A stretch of DNA of 62,817 nt, counting the filler, from a candidate division TA06 bacterium SM23_40 (GTDB taxonomy: Bacteria > LJUI01 > SM1-40), in the NCBI GenBank assembly GCA_001303705.1. It is 6 parts of 6 records of this genome, joined end to end, with 100 filler letters (N's around TTAATTAATTAA, not from the genome) between each part and the next. Parts side by side here need not be neighbours in the genome. Positions count along the whole stretch, not along the records: positions 1 to 11,596 come from LJUI01000102.1; 5 more parts are not named here. One strand, 5' to 3'. Position 1 is the first letter of the stretch. Every line of letters begins with the position of its first letter. Positions 1 through 8,670 of the stretch are shown one piece after another. Below the pieces are notes generated by a model. It made no database searches and had not been told where the DNA came from. It saw nothing but the letters and a program-made list of their open reading frames with translations. The position numbers and the translations under genes were made by a program.

Positions 1-213
1 GCGGCGTGTTAGTTGCGTCTGAAGCGCAGTCTGGAGGTTCCAGTGCCGATCGCGTGGGGAGCACCGATTGGACAACCTCGAAGAGAGGCACTCTGGATAA
101 GATGATCCGGTCGGTCAGCTGCCTGGCTGCGGCTCATCTGAGACCGTCAGTCGAGCGGGCCGCGTCTTCTTCCGGGGATGAGACGCGGCAAGCCGATACC
201 AAAGACTCGGCAT

Positions 214-1134
214 ATGAAGAGACTGCTTCTCAAATCTGATGCATTGCTCTTGCTCACGGCCATCATCTGGGGATTCGCGTTCGTGGCCCAACGTAAGGGA
301 ATGGAGTACGTTGGGCCGTTCACCTTCAACGCCGTTCGTTTTGCATTAGGCAGCGTCTTCCTGATTCCCTTTCTGGTGGGGCGACGGCGCAGGCGTGCGC
401 GCGGCGGGGACGGTCCGCCGTTCATCGCGAAGGTCGCCCTGTCGGGTTGCGGTCTGGCCGGAGTCGCGCTCTTCATGGGCGCATCCCTGCAGCAGACCGG
501 CATAGTCTACACGACAGCGGGGAAGGCCGGGTTCATTACCGGGATCTATGTCATCATCGTGCCGATCCTGGGCTTCTTCATTGGGCAGCGTTCCGGCATC
601 GGGACCTGGATCGGCGCTTGTTGTGCGGTAGTGGGTCTTCACTTCCTGAGTCTGAGTGGCAGGTTCTCCTTTTCCCACGGCGATCTGCTGGTCCTCGGCG
701 GGGCGTTCTTCTGGGCCGCTCACGTCCTCATCATCGGATGGCTCACGTCCTGGGTTGCCCCGCTCGTATTGGCGTTCCTTCAGTATGCAGCCTGCGCAGC
801 GCTGAGCTTCATGGCGGCAATGCTCGTCGAGGCGATCTCCGCCGAGGCACTGCTCCGGGCGGCCGTACCGATTCTCTACGGGGGAGTTCTCTCCACAGGG
901 ATCGCCTACACCCTGCAGGTAGTGGCGCAGCGAACTGCTCATCCATCGCATGCGGCGATCATTCTGAGCCTCGAGGCCGTCTTCGCTGCGCTGGGCGGCT
1001 GGCTGCTGCTCGATGAGACGCTGCCGCTCCGGGGGTGGTTCGGCTGCGCACTCATTCTCGCGGGGATATTCGCCTCCGAGCTCACCCACAGGGGAAAATT
1101 GAGGGGTGGCTCCGTCAGAGCGATCTCGACCTAG
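214..1134 (+). CDS. DMT/EamA family transporter
   Basis: ~10 hydrophobic segments; IWGFAFVAQR, TTAGKAGFITG, LSLEAVFAALGG motifs of a two-repeat EamA protein. Confidence 0.9.
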   Translation: MKRLLLKSDALLLLTAIIWGFAFVAQRKGMEYVGPFTFNAVRFALGSVFLIPFLVGRRRRRARGGDGPPFIAKVALSGCGLAGVALFMGASLQQTGIVYTTAGKAGFITGIYVIIVPILGFFIGQRSGIGTWIGACCAVVGLHFLSLSGRFSFSHGDLLVLGGAFFWAAHVLIIGWLTSWVAPLVLAFLQYAACAALSFMAAMLVEAISAEALLRAAVPILYGGVLSTGIAYTLQVVAQRTAHPSHAAIILSLEAVFAALGGWLLLDETLPLRGWFGCALILAGIFASELTHRGKLRGGSVRAIST

Positions 1135-1179
1135 CCCGGCCGGATCCATAGGGAGGTTAGTCAGCCGAGAGGAGAGAGA

Positions 1180-1377
1180 ATGATGCCGACGGTCGTGGTA
1201 GATGGCCCGCCGATGAAGAGCATCGAGCAGAAGCGAACAATGGTACAGCGGCTCACAGATGCCGCGGCCGAGGTCTATGGGTACGACAAGATGAAGATCT
1301 CGGTGATCATTCGCGAGAACCCGCCTGAGAACGTCGGGAGAGGCGGTCGCCTGATAGCCGATCTGCGCGGGGAATAG
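1180..1377 (+). CDS. 4-oxalocrotonate tautomerase family protein (DmpI-like)
   Basis: 65 aa, N-terminal Pro after Met, EQKR and ENPPENVGRGG motifs; GGAG RBS. Confidence 0.85.
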   Translation: MMPTVVVDGPPMKSIEQKRTMVQRLTDAAAEVYGYDKMKISVIIRENPPENVGRGGRLIADLRGE

Positions 1378-1621
1378 CGTGTCCCCCGCGGTCCGAGAAC
1401 CGTCGGGCCGGGCCCGCTGGGGGGGGTAGCCAGCGGTATTGTTCGCGGTTATGGGAACCGGAGGCCGTTTCCTGCGTCGGAAAGGTGGGAGAGCCACCAT
1501 AGAGACATGGGTGCTTTTGTCCTTGCGCCTCGTTGTCTCACGTAGTATAGTACGAGAGTGGCAGAGTGATCTGGCCCTCCGGCGAACGCAATTGGGATTC
1601 GTTGGCGAAGGAGACTCGGTG

Positions 1622-2185
1622 ATGCAACTCGATAGGCCGGTCGGCGATATGTTGCGGGCCAACGTCTGGGTCGTCAGCGTGACGATTGCGGTCATTGTGA
1701 TCACAGCGCTCGTCCTGGGACTGGTCGTCATGCCGATGGCCGTGTCGATCGGGCAGACGAGGCGTGAGCTCGCTTCCGGGGCGTACGATCTGGAGATGTG
1801 GCGACGCAAGGTTGCCCGCCGGGCCCAGCTGCATTCGGAGAATCTGGAGCTGTCGCGCCGCGCTGAGAGCATGGGAGCGATGGTGGAGCGGGGCGAAGAG
1901 CCTTCCCATCTCCTCGATACGCTCATAGCGGCGGCCGCGAAGAGCGGTATAGACTTCATCTCCATCGTTCCGTCGGAGATCGTCGACCACGGCAAGTACC
2001 GGGAATTCCCCATGGAGATCGAGGTGCGGGCGCGGTTTCACAATCTCGGGCAGTTCGTCAACGAGATCGAGCGGTCGAGCACGACTATCACGGTCGTAGG
2101 TTTGAGCATAGGGACTTCCGAGGCAGGGACGAGACAGGGATTGCTGAACATTAGTCTGGAGGCTGTCGCCTATCTGGTCAACTGA
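1622..2185 (+). CDS. pilO: type IV pilus/T2SS inner-membrane protein PilO (GspM-like)
   Basis: Single TM, coiled coil, then YREFPMEIEVRARFHNLGQFVNEIER typical of PilO; AAGGAG RBS before ATG 1622. Confidence 0.8.
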   Translation: MQLDRPVGDMLRANVWVVSVTIAVIVITALVLGLVVMPMAVSIGQTRRELASGAYDLEMWRRKVARRAQLHSENLELSRRAESMGAMVERGEEPSHLLDTLIAAAAKSGIDFISIVPSEIVDHGKYREFPMEIEVRARFHNLGQFVNEIERSSTTITVVGLSIGTSEAGTRQGLLNISLEAVAYLVN

Positions 2186-2274
2186 ATCTGCTGCAGGTGG
2201 AAAGTGCGACGTCTTCCTGCCTCAGGATCTAGATGAGGTTCGGATCTCTCCGATGTTGTGGAGGTGCTGGCAAA

Positions 2275-2763
2275 GTGAATTGGTCAGAGAGACTTCCACG
2301 GGGCGTGAAGCCGATTTTGATCGCGCTCATCATCATGGGCGTTACTCTGGTCTGGGCACACAATCTCGTTCTGTTGACCAGGATCGTGATGGTGTCAAGA
2401 GCGTGGCGACCTGAGATATTCACCACGCCGTCTATAGTGATGCCTGAGGATGAGACCGGCATCTCATCGTTGTACGCAGCAGCTGACTCAGGATTTGTAT
2501 ACGAACCGTCGTTCCGGGATCCATTCTCCGTTTCAGGGAGCTTCGGTGGCGGATCTGACGAACGACAGGCTGCGCTTACACTCAAAGGCGTACTGTGGAG
2601 CCCGACTCGTCCCCTCGCCGTTGTCGAGGATGCAACTGGCACCTCCTACCGCGTCGAAGAGGGTGACCCGCTGGGTGAGGCCAGGGTAGTTTCGATACTC
2701 GTCGATGGCATCGTCCTCGACAAAGGAGGGGGCGAGGAGCTACTGAAGGTCTGGGAACAGTAG
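2275..2763 (+). CDS. PilP/GspC HR-domain protein
   Basis: N-terminal TM, RDPF motif, LTLKGVLW...LAVVED...YRVEEGDPLGEARVVSI HR-domain pattern; follows pilO; start codon uncertain. Confidence 0.65.
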   Translation: MNWSERLPRGVKPILIALIIMGVTLVWAHNLVLLTRIVMVSRAWRPEIFTTPSIVMPEDETGISSLYAAADSGFVYEPSFRDPFSVSGSFGGGSDERQAALTLKGVLWSPTRPLAVVEDATGTSYRVEEGDPLGEARVVSILVDGIVLDKGGGEELLKVWEQ

Positions 2764-2764
2764 G

Positions 2765-4276
2765 ATGTTGGTCGTATCTCCAAATAGAAGGTGCAGAAAG
2801 GGCGAGCAGGGTGCTGCATTGATCATTACGGTCCTGATCGCCTTCATCGTCTTTCTGCTTGTCGCTTCCTGGCTCATTACGACGACCCGCCGTCTCCGGC
2901 TCATCTCACTGGAGCGGGATCGCCTCCAGGCGTTCTATACTGCGGAGGCGGGCATCAACAAGGCGCTGTGGTACCTGAAGGGAAATGGCGACCGGAATGC
3001 GAGCTGGCGGACGCAGGACGAAGAGGGCGAGGAGGAACCGGTAGAGGATACACTCTTCGTCGGGCGGGCGGATGTCGCAAGGCTTTCTGTTCAGGACCGG
3101 GGCGCCTTCCTGGGCATCACCTCGCGCGGGAGGGCTCGTTGGGCGACCAAAGAGGTGAGCGTGACAATGGGGACCGAACTCTCCGGCGTATTCGGACCTG
3201 CCGTCACCGTGGCGTCACAGACTGCGCTGGTTCTCGATGCGGGGACCGAGATCGTGGGAAACTTTCAGGCACGGGTGCCTCCTGTCGAGATGGGTGGCCG
3301 GATCGAGGGGAAAAAGCGGATTGATGGTAACGTGGCTCTTCCTCCGTTTGATTCCTCTTCGCTCACCAGCACCGCTGAGAAGTTTCGCGCGATGCTGGGG
3401 GATGCAAGCCTTGCTGATGAGGAACTTTTCTCGCCCCAGATATTCGACGAGCGCAACCTGCCCGATTTCGCCGGCGGCAAGACCATCTATGTGAACGATC
3501 TCGTCCTTATCGAAGGGGGGGAGCCTGATGCCCCGCTCATCATCAAGGGTCCTGGGACGATCATCAGCATCAATGAAATACAGGTCTCCGGAACCGTGAG
3601 ATTGCTCGATCAGGTAACGCTCGTGGCGCAGGACGAAGTTCGGTTGCTGGAATCCGCGGAGTTGTACGACGGCATGATATACGCCGGCCGGAAGATCGGA
3701 ATCAGGGAGGAATCGCAATTCCGTGGTCAAGCTCTCACCCCGGGCAAGATAGTCGTTGGCGAGGAGGCCACCGTCCATTCTCCCAGCGTGCTGTTCGCAG
3801 GCGGTGGTGGGGATGGGCAGAGGGAGGGGCGCATCGTCGTCGACGGAGATGCGATCGTAACTGCATCGCTCCTGGCTATGCAGGCTAGTTCTGGCGGGGG
3901 CATGTTCCAGGGGAGTCAGGCACGCGGAGGGGCCGGGCGCGGGACCAGCTGGGCGGCCAGCAGAGGAGGACAGCCCGGCACATCCCGGCAGGCGGAGGAG
4001 GAGGAGGCGACGATCTACATCGGGGAAGACGCGCTCGTCAGAGGTCTTGTCTACACCCCGGCGTCGGCCGAGATACGGGGAACGGTCAGGGGTGCAGTGG
4101 CCATCGGGGAGTTCTATAGCAAGGCGCTATCTTCAACACCAGGTCATCCCATGGCGTCGACGAACCGAGTGGTGGGAGCAACGATCGATCGAGGGGGACT
4201 TCCTGCGGACTTTGTCGCGCCATTCGGGTTCGCTGGTTCTCAAACCCTGAGACTCGTCTCATGGATCGAACTGTAG
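2765..4276 (+). CDS. PilX/GspK-like minor pilin with C-terminal beta-solenoid-like region
   Basis: EQG/AALIITVLI prepilin-like N-terminus without Glu5; QAFYTAEAGINKAL PilX N-terminal motif. Confidence 0.75.
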   Translation: MLVVSPNRRCRKGEQGAALIITVLIAFIVFLLVASWLITTTRRLRLISLERDRLQAFYTAEAGINKALWYLKGNGDRNASWRTQDEEGEEEPVEDTLFVGRADVARLSVQDRGAFLGITSRGRARWATKEVSVTMGTELSGVFGPAVTVASQTALVLDAGTEIVGNFQARVPPVEMGGRIEGKKRIDGNVALPPFDSSSLTSTAEKFRAMLGDASLADEELFSPQIFDERNLPDFAGGKTIYVNDLVLIEGGEPDAPLIIKGPGTIISINEIQVSGTVRLLDQVTLVAQDEVRLLESAELYDGMIYAGRKIGIREESQFRGQALTPGKIVVGEEATVHSPSVLFAGGGGDGQREGRIVVDGDAIVTASLLAMQASSGGGMFQGSQARGGAGRGTSWAASRGGQPGTSRQAEEEEATIYIGEDALVRGLVYTPASAEIRGTVRGAVAIGEFYSKALSSTPGHPMASTNRVVGATIDRGGLPADFVAPFGFAGSQTLRLVSWIEL

Positions 4277-4293
4277 CAATGAGAGGTGGGGCA

Positions 4294-4950
4294 ATGCTGA
4301 GGCAGAGAGGGCGGAGGAGTCGTGCGGACGGAGTTCGCGGATTCACACTCGTCGAGCTTCTTGTGGCGATCTCTATCATCGGCATCTTGCTCCTTCCGCT
4401 GCTCAACGTGTTGAGCAGACAGGTGAGGACGGAGAGGGATCTGAGGGACATGCAGATCGCGCTTGCCCTGGCGCAGGATGCAATGGAGCAGATGCAGAAT
4501 CTTCCGATGCGGGAAGATGAACTGAAGGATCGCGAATTCTTTATCGAGCTCCAGGGCACCACGTGGCGCATCGTTCGTGATGTGATCGACGGGGAAGAGG
4601 AGGACGAACCGCTCGACGGTACCGACCCCCTCGAGATCTGGATCCAGGTATACAAAGGAGAGAGTCCCACGGCCATTGCAGAGCTGGCGATGCTGAAGGA
4701 GGACTGGCAGGGGAGCTTCGGCGGAGCGATTGCCCAGATGGGAGGTGCAGGGGGACCCGGGGGCGCCGGCGGGTTCGGGACGACGTCTAGTCTGGACTGG
4801 GGTGCGGAGGGATGGGGAGAGATGGGCAGCGATTGGGGGAGCGGAGGCGACTGGGGTGGCGGCGACTGGGGCGGAGGCGACTGGGGCGGAGGCGACTGGG
4901 GAGAATGGACATTCGATACAACCGGAGGATGGTTTGGAGGCGGGCCGTGA
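4294..4950 (+). CDS. prepilin-type minor pilin (PilV/GspI-like) with Gly/Trp/Asp-rich tail
   Basis: RG/FTLVELLVAISIIGIL class III signal peptide; ALALAQDAMEQM. Confidence 0.8.
   Translation: MLRQRGRRSRADGVRGFTLVELLVAISIIGILLLPLLNVLSRQVRTERDLRDMQIALALAQDAMEQMQNLPMREDELKDREFFIELQGTTWRIVRDVIDGEEEDEPLDGTDPLEIWIQVYKGESPTAIAELAMLKEDWQGSFGGAIAQMGGAGGPGGAGGFGTTSSLDWGAEGWGEMGSDWGSGGDWGGGDWGGGDWGGGDWGEWTFDTTGGWFGGGP
4846..4902 (+). repeat. 15-bp tandem repeat (4 copies) encoding (GDWGG)n
   Basis: ggcgactggggNNNN units at 4846, 4861, 4876, 4891. Confidence 0.95.
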
Positions 4951-5711
4951 GCACACCTGATCGGCATCGGTCGAGAACTGACGAGCGAGCTGCCGCGAGT
5001 CTCGACTTCCGCAGTGGCTTCACCCTCGTCGAGTTGATGGTGACGATGACCATTTTCGCCATCGTCACATCTATCGTCTATTTCGCCTATGTACAGGCGC
5101 TACGCACGATGACCAAGGGCGAAGAGGCGGCTGATCTGGGGAGTGCGGTCCACGGCCTCGTGAAGACGATCCGGCAGGACCTGCTGCATTCTTCTTATCT
5201 CACGGAGGCTGCCCGGGAATCACTGGGGATCGTCACTTCCGACGGAGAAGAGATCCTCTACGTTCTCCATGACAGCGTGCTTGTCCGAAACGAGGCGCCT
5301 GCGCTCCCGCAGGGGATCATGCTGGACACATTTGCCTTTGCGTTTTATGGCAACGATCTCTCGTTCGATACGGACGGCGACAGCAGCGTTACGCTCGAAG
5401 AGCTCGACCTTGATAGCGACGAGGTATTGAAGCCGGGGGAGATCGAGCGTGTGACACTCGTTGAGGTCTACTTGCAGGCGTCGAAGCACGACCTGTCAAG
5501 GGCGATTACTTCCTCTGTCTATCTCCGGAGTCCGGGCCGCGCGCCAGCCACAGGACTGGCCGATACGAGCGCGTTTCCGGGAGACCGGTTTGGAGAGGGA
5601 ACGCTGTTTGGAGAAGGGACGGTGTTGGGAGAGCGAGAACGGCTGAAGGAGAAGGACCGTCAGAAGCAGAAGGAGAAGGGATTCGGTTTCGACTCGGATA
5701 TCTTCAAGTAG
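4947..5711 (+). CDS. prepilin-type minor pilin (PilW/GspJ-like)
   Basis: SG/FTLVELMVTMTIFAIV cleavage/methylation motif; GTG start overlaps upstream TGA (GTGA). Confidence 0.8.
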   Translation: MSTPDRHRSRTDERAAASLDFRSGFTLVELMVTMTIFAIVTSIVYFAYVQALRTMTKGEEAADLGSAVHGLVKTIRQDLLHSSYLTEAARESLGIVTSDGEEILYVLHDSVLVRNEAPALPQGIMLDTFAFAFYGNDLSFDTDGDSSVTLEELDLDSDEVLKPGEIERVTLVEVYLQASKHDLSRAITSSVYLRSPGRAPATGLADTSAFPGDRFGEGTLFGEGTVLGERERLKEKDRQKQKEKGFGFDSDIFK

Positions 5712-5724
5712 CAGGGACCGTTCA

Positions 5725-6510
5725 CTACTGCCATGGCAGGAGTGATGGAGCCTTAGCCGTATCCGGCAGAGCCGTATCCGGCAGATCGGCCTCTTTCTCA
5801 GGGGCCGGTTCCTTTTTTGCGGGCTGTTCCTTCTGAGGAGCTTTCGGTGGCTTTGATTGAGGGACTTCCGGTGGCTCCGGGGATGCGGGGCGCATCTCTT
5901 CGGGGGCTGTGGTGACCTCCGGAGTATCCGCGGCCGCAGCCCGCTCTTTGCGTTCGTGTCTACGCTCACTCTGCCGTTCGATGGGAGCGACCTCGCCGGA
6001 CACCGATACCGCCATCTTTCTCACTACGACATCGGTGAGCTCACCGATATCTGCGTGGTCCTCCCGGCGGTAGGTCGCTACTCCAACGAGTTCTCCGCTC
6101 GACGCGTCGATCAGCTCGAGTGAAAGGGCGATCCGCTGCTTCTCTTCCGTGATGAGCCCGACTTCGTACTCGTCGATGGCTCCCATGACGAGGATGTCCG
6201 CGTCCAGAATGGTCCCTGCCGCCACGATCTCCTCGGTGGAGAGGTCCACTCCCTGTTCGATTCCCGCCTCCTCGAGTTTGCGGTTGAGCTGCCCCCGCTC
6301 CACGACGATCAGCTGATCCTGATGAAACAACTCGTGGGAAAGCTTGTCGGCGACCCTGCTGCCGAGGTGACGGTCGGCAGACGAGCTGTGATCGACGAAA
6401 TCGAGGATCGCAACTGTAAGTGGGGTCTCGGGGGGGAGCGAGCGCACGGTCGTGCGGGGCGCTGCACACGAAGTCACTACCAGAACAGGAATCAGCAGAA
6501 TTCTCTTCAT
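5725..6510 (-). CDS. CsgG/HfaB-like lipoprotein with Pro/Lys/Glu-rich tail
   Basis: Lipobox VTSC; TVAILDF, VVERGQL, LDADILVMGAI, LIDASSGELV pattern of the CsgG/FlgO fold. Confidence 0.7.
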   Translation of the reverse strand: MKRILLIPVLVVTSCAAPRTTVRSLPPETPLTVAILDFVDHSSSADRHLGSRVADKLSHELFHQDQLIVVERGQLNRKLEEAGIEQGVDLSTEEIVAAGTILDADILVMGAIDEYEVGLITEEKQRIALSLELIDASSGELVGVATYRREDHADIGELTDVVVRKMAVSVSGEVAPIERQSERRHERKERAAAADTPEVTTAPEEMRPASPEPPEVPQSKPPKAPQKEQPAKKEPAPEKEADLPDTALPDTAKAPSLLPWQ

Positions 6511-6518
6511 CGGATCGA

Positions 6519-8309
6519 TCAGCTCTCTATCAGGTGCGGGGTGATATAGATGACGAGCTCTTGGTCGTCTCGGGTCTTGTCCCACGAGGAGAAGAGGATT
6601 CCGACAAGGGGGAGATCGCCCAGAAGCGGAATCTTGGTCCGTGTGTCCGTGACGCGGGACTGGCTGAGCCCGCCAATGATGATTGTCTCTCCATCACGGA
6701 GACGTATCGTCGTGTCAGCCACCCGTCGCCCAACTTCTGGGAGCCCCTCAGAGGTAATACCGGTGATGTCTGAGATCTCGATGTGGATCACCGTAGTGAT
6801 CTCGCCCGATGCAGCCACCCAGGGTATGATGTTGAGGCGGATCGCCACATCGATCGAGTGGAGCTGCGTGATCGGCTCGAGAGCAGTGCCTGTCGTCGTA
6901 CGGTACCACTGGACTGTCCCCACATCGATGCTCGCCTGGTTCCCGTTCAGGGTTGCGATCCTCGGCCTGGCCCTCACTCTCACATCGCCGGAGGTCTCGA
7001 GCGCCTCCAGGGTCAGCACGAAGTCCTCGGGCAGCCGGCCCAGACTGCCGAACCGGAGCTGGTCGGTGATATCCTCGACTCTATCGCTGATGTCGTCGCC
7101 CGTCAGCACTACGTTGAGGGTGGGGATGATCGTGCGCCCTGTATCCGGAGTAGTTGGCTCGAAGTACCCCCCCCTCATGCCCAGCTTCATCTGTGCCTTA
7201 TCCGACAGCTGGGCGATGACCGCGTCGAACATGACCTGAGGCGATACCACATCGATCTGCTGGATAAAGTCCTCCGTCCGGTCAAGGAGATCCTCCGTCC
7301 CCATGACAAGGATGGCGTTCTGTTCCTTTACGACCCTCACGTTGACTGCAGGGATCGATTGAGGAAGGAGCTGAAGTACTCCCTCAGCCTTGATATGGTG
7401 GAGGGGGATGAGCTTGGTCGAGCTCATCGCCTGGGCGGCAGGGCTATTGATGCTCTTGTCTCCGACGAGATAGATCTTGTCGACCTTGCGGTAGGTCAAA
7501 TTGGTGCCCTGGAACAGGAGGCTGAATACCTGCTCCAGCGGGACCCGCGTCAACTTCGCGTTGACGAGTCCCCGCACGTCTCCGTATCGGACGATGTCGA
7601 TATCGGTCTGGAGGGCGATCTCGTCGAGGACGTCGGCTATGTCGGCGTCGCTCACATCGAGAGTGACGAGAAGCCCCTCCTCAATGGTGATGGACAGCCC
7701 CTTCCGAGCGCCCGGCCGTCCGGCCGCCCGGGAGACCTCGTACACATTGAGGCGTTTGCGCAGGATGTAGCCATTGGCGCTGAGAAATGATGCGAGGCCG
7801 GTGTCGAACTCAACGTCGTGGAGCATCCCGGACACCGGTCCCCGGACGGTCTGGTCGGAGACGATGTTGATCCCGCTCTGGCGGGAGATCTCACGGAGGA
7901 CAGTGGTGATCTCGGCGTTGGTGACGTCGATACTGAGGACCTCAGTCGTGGCCTCGATGTCGATTCGTCCCTCGCTGCGCCGCACGATGTATGCGTCGGC
8001 CTCGCGGATAAGCATGAAACCGTTCTGCTCGAGGAGGAGTTTCAGACCTTCGATGACGGGGATTTCGTGGAGATGAATCGTGACGTTTCCCTCCACCGCC
8101 TGATCGACGATGATGTTGAGGCCGAACTGATCTCCAATGGCCCGCACGATATCCCTGATATCGGCATCCTTGAAGTCGAGCGTCATGGTGCGGGTCGTGT
8201 CCGGCTCCTCCTGTGCGACGGTTTGAACCCCCAACACGCACAGGACGAACAGACCTGCAATCACCAGGCGATGTGCCAGCTTACCGTGTCGCTGATGCTT
8301 CCGTCTCAT
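6519..8309 (-). CDS. outer-membrane secretin (PilQ/GspD family)
   Basis: Signal peptide, three LDxxxADIxDV-type N-domain repeats, N3 domain, PRIATLNGNQASIDVG and KIPLLGDLPLVGILF...ELVIYITPH secretin signature. Confidence 0.92.
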   Translation of the reverse strand: MRRKHQRHGKLAHRLVIAGLFVLCVLGVQTVAQEEPDTTRTMTLDFKDADIRDIVRAIGDQFGLNIIVDQAVEGNVTIHLHEIPVIEGLKLLLEQNGFMLIREADAYIVRRSEGRIDIEATTEVLSIDVTNAEITTVLREISRQSGINIVSDQTVRGPVSGMLHDVEFDTGLASFLSANGYILRKRLNVYEVSRAAGRPGARKGLSITIEEGLLVTLDVSDADIADVLDEIALQTDIDIVRYGDVRGLVNAKLTRVPLEQVFSLLFQGTNLTYRKVDKIYLVGDKSINSPAAQAMSSTKLIPLHHIKAEGVLQLLPQSIPAVNVRVVKEQNAILVMGTEDLLDRTEDFIQQIDVVSPQVMFDAVIAQLSDKAQMKLGMRGGYFEPTTPDTGRTIIPTLNVVLTGDDISDRVEDITDQLRFGSLGRLPEDFVLTLEALETSGDVRVRARPRIATLNGNQASIDVGTVQWYRTTTGTALEPITQLHSIDVAIRLNIIPWVAASGEITTVIHIEISDITGITSEGLPEVGRRVADTTIRLRDGETIIIGGLSQSRVTDTRTKIPLLGDLPLVGILFSSWDKTRDDQELVIYITPHLIES

Positions 8310-8591
8310 GATCTCCTCAGAATTCGCGGCGTCTGTCATCAAGACGGCGGTACTACCAGGAAAAAGAACCGACCCGATGAGTCAACAAGTCGGTGCCGAC
8401 TACATACTAGGGCATTGGGCACCTATTTGCAAGTGAAAAAGTTCGCCGTTCGAGGGTTCCCCAGTAGATCCTGCGGCCCAGCTAGTGTAACGAGCGGGGG
8501 AGGCAAAAGTTCCCTGTTTCCTCCTCGATCTGGATGGAACTATCGTGCCCCTCTCTGCGTCAGAAGCGGCGGGAAAACGAGCAATATGGAC

Positions 8592-8620
8592 TTGACGCTT
8601 CGAGGGTGCTTTGCTATCGT
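8592..8620 (+). promoter_or_regulatory. sigma70-type promoter upstream of pilM
   Basis: TTGACG-17 bp-TATCGT with extended TGn. Confidence 0.55.
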
Positions 8621-8670
8621 CTGGTTGGATAACACGTAATGCGTGCCAGGCGACCTCTTTTTATGGGGGA

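Noticed and set aside
6-239. 77-aa ORF at the window start
   Set aside because: No recognisable motif; may be the tail of a truncated gene but cannot be supported
4846-4902. Short direct repeats as a possible CRISPR array
   Set aside because: 15-bp units without spacers, in frame within a CDS, no cas genes
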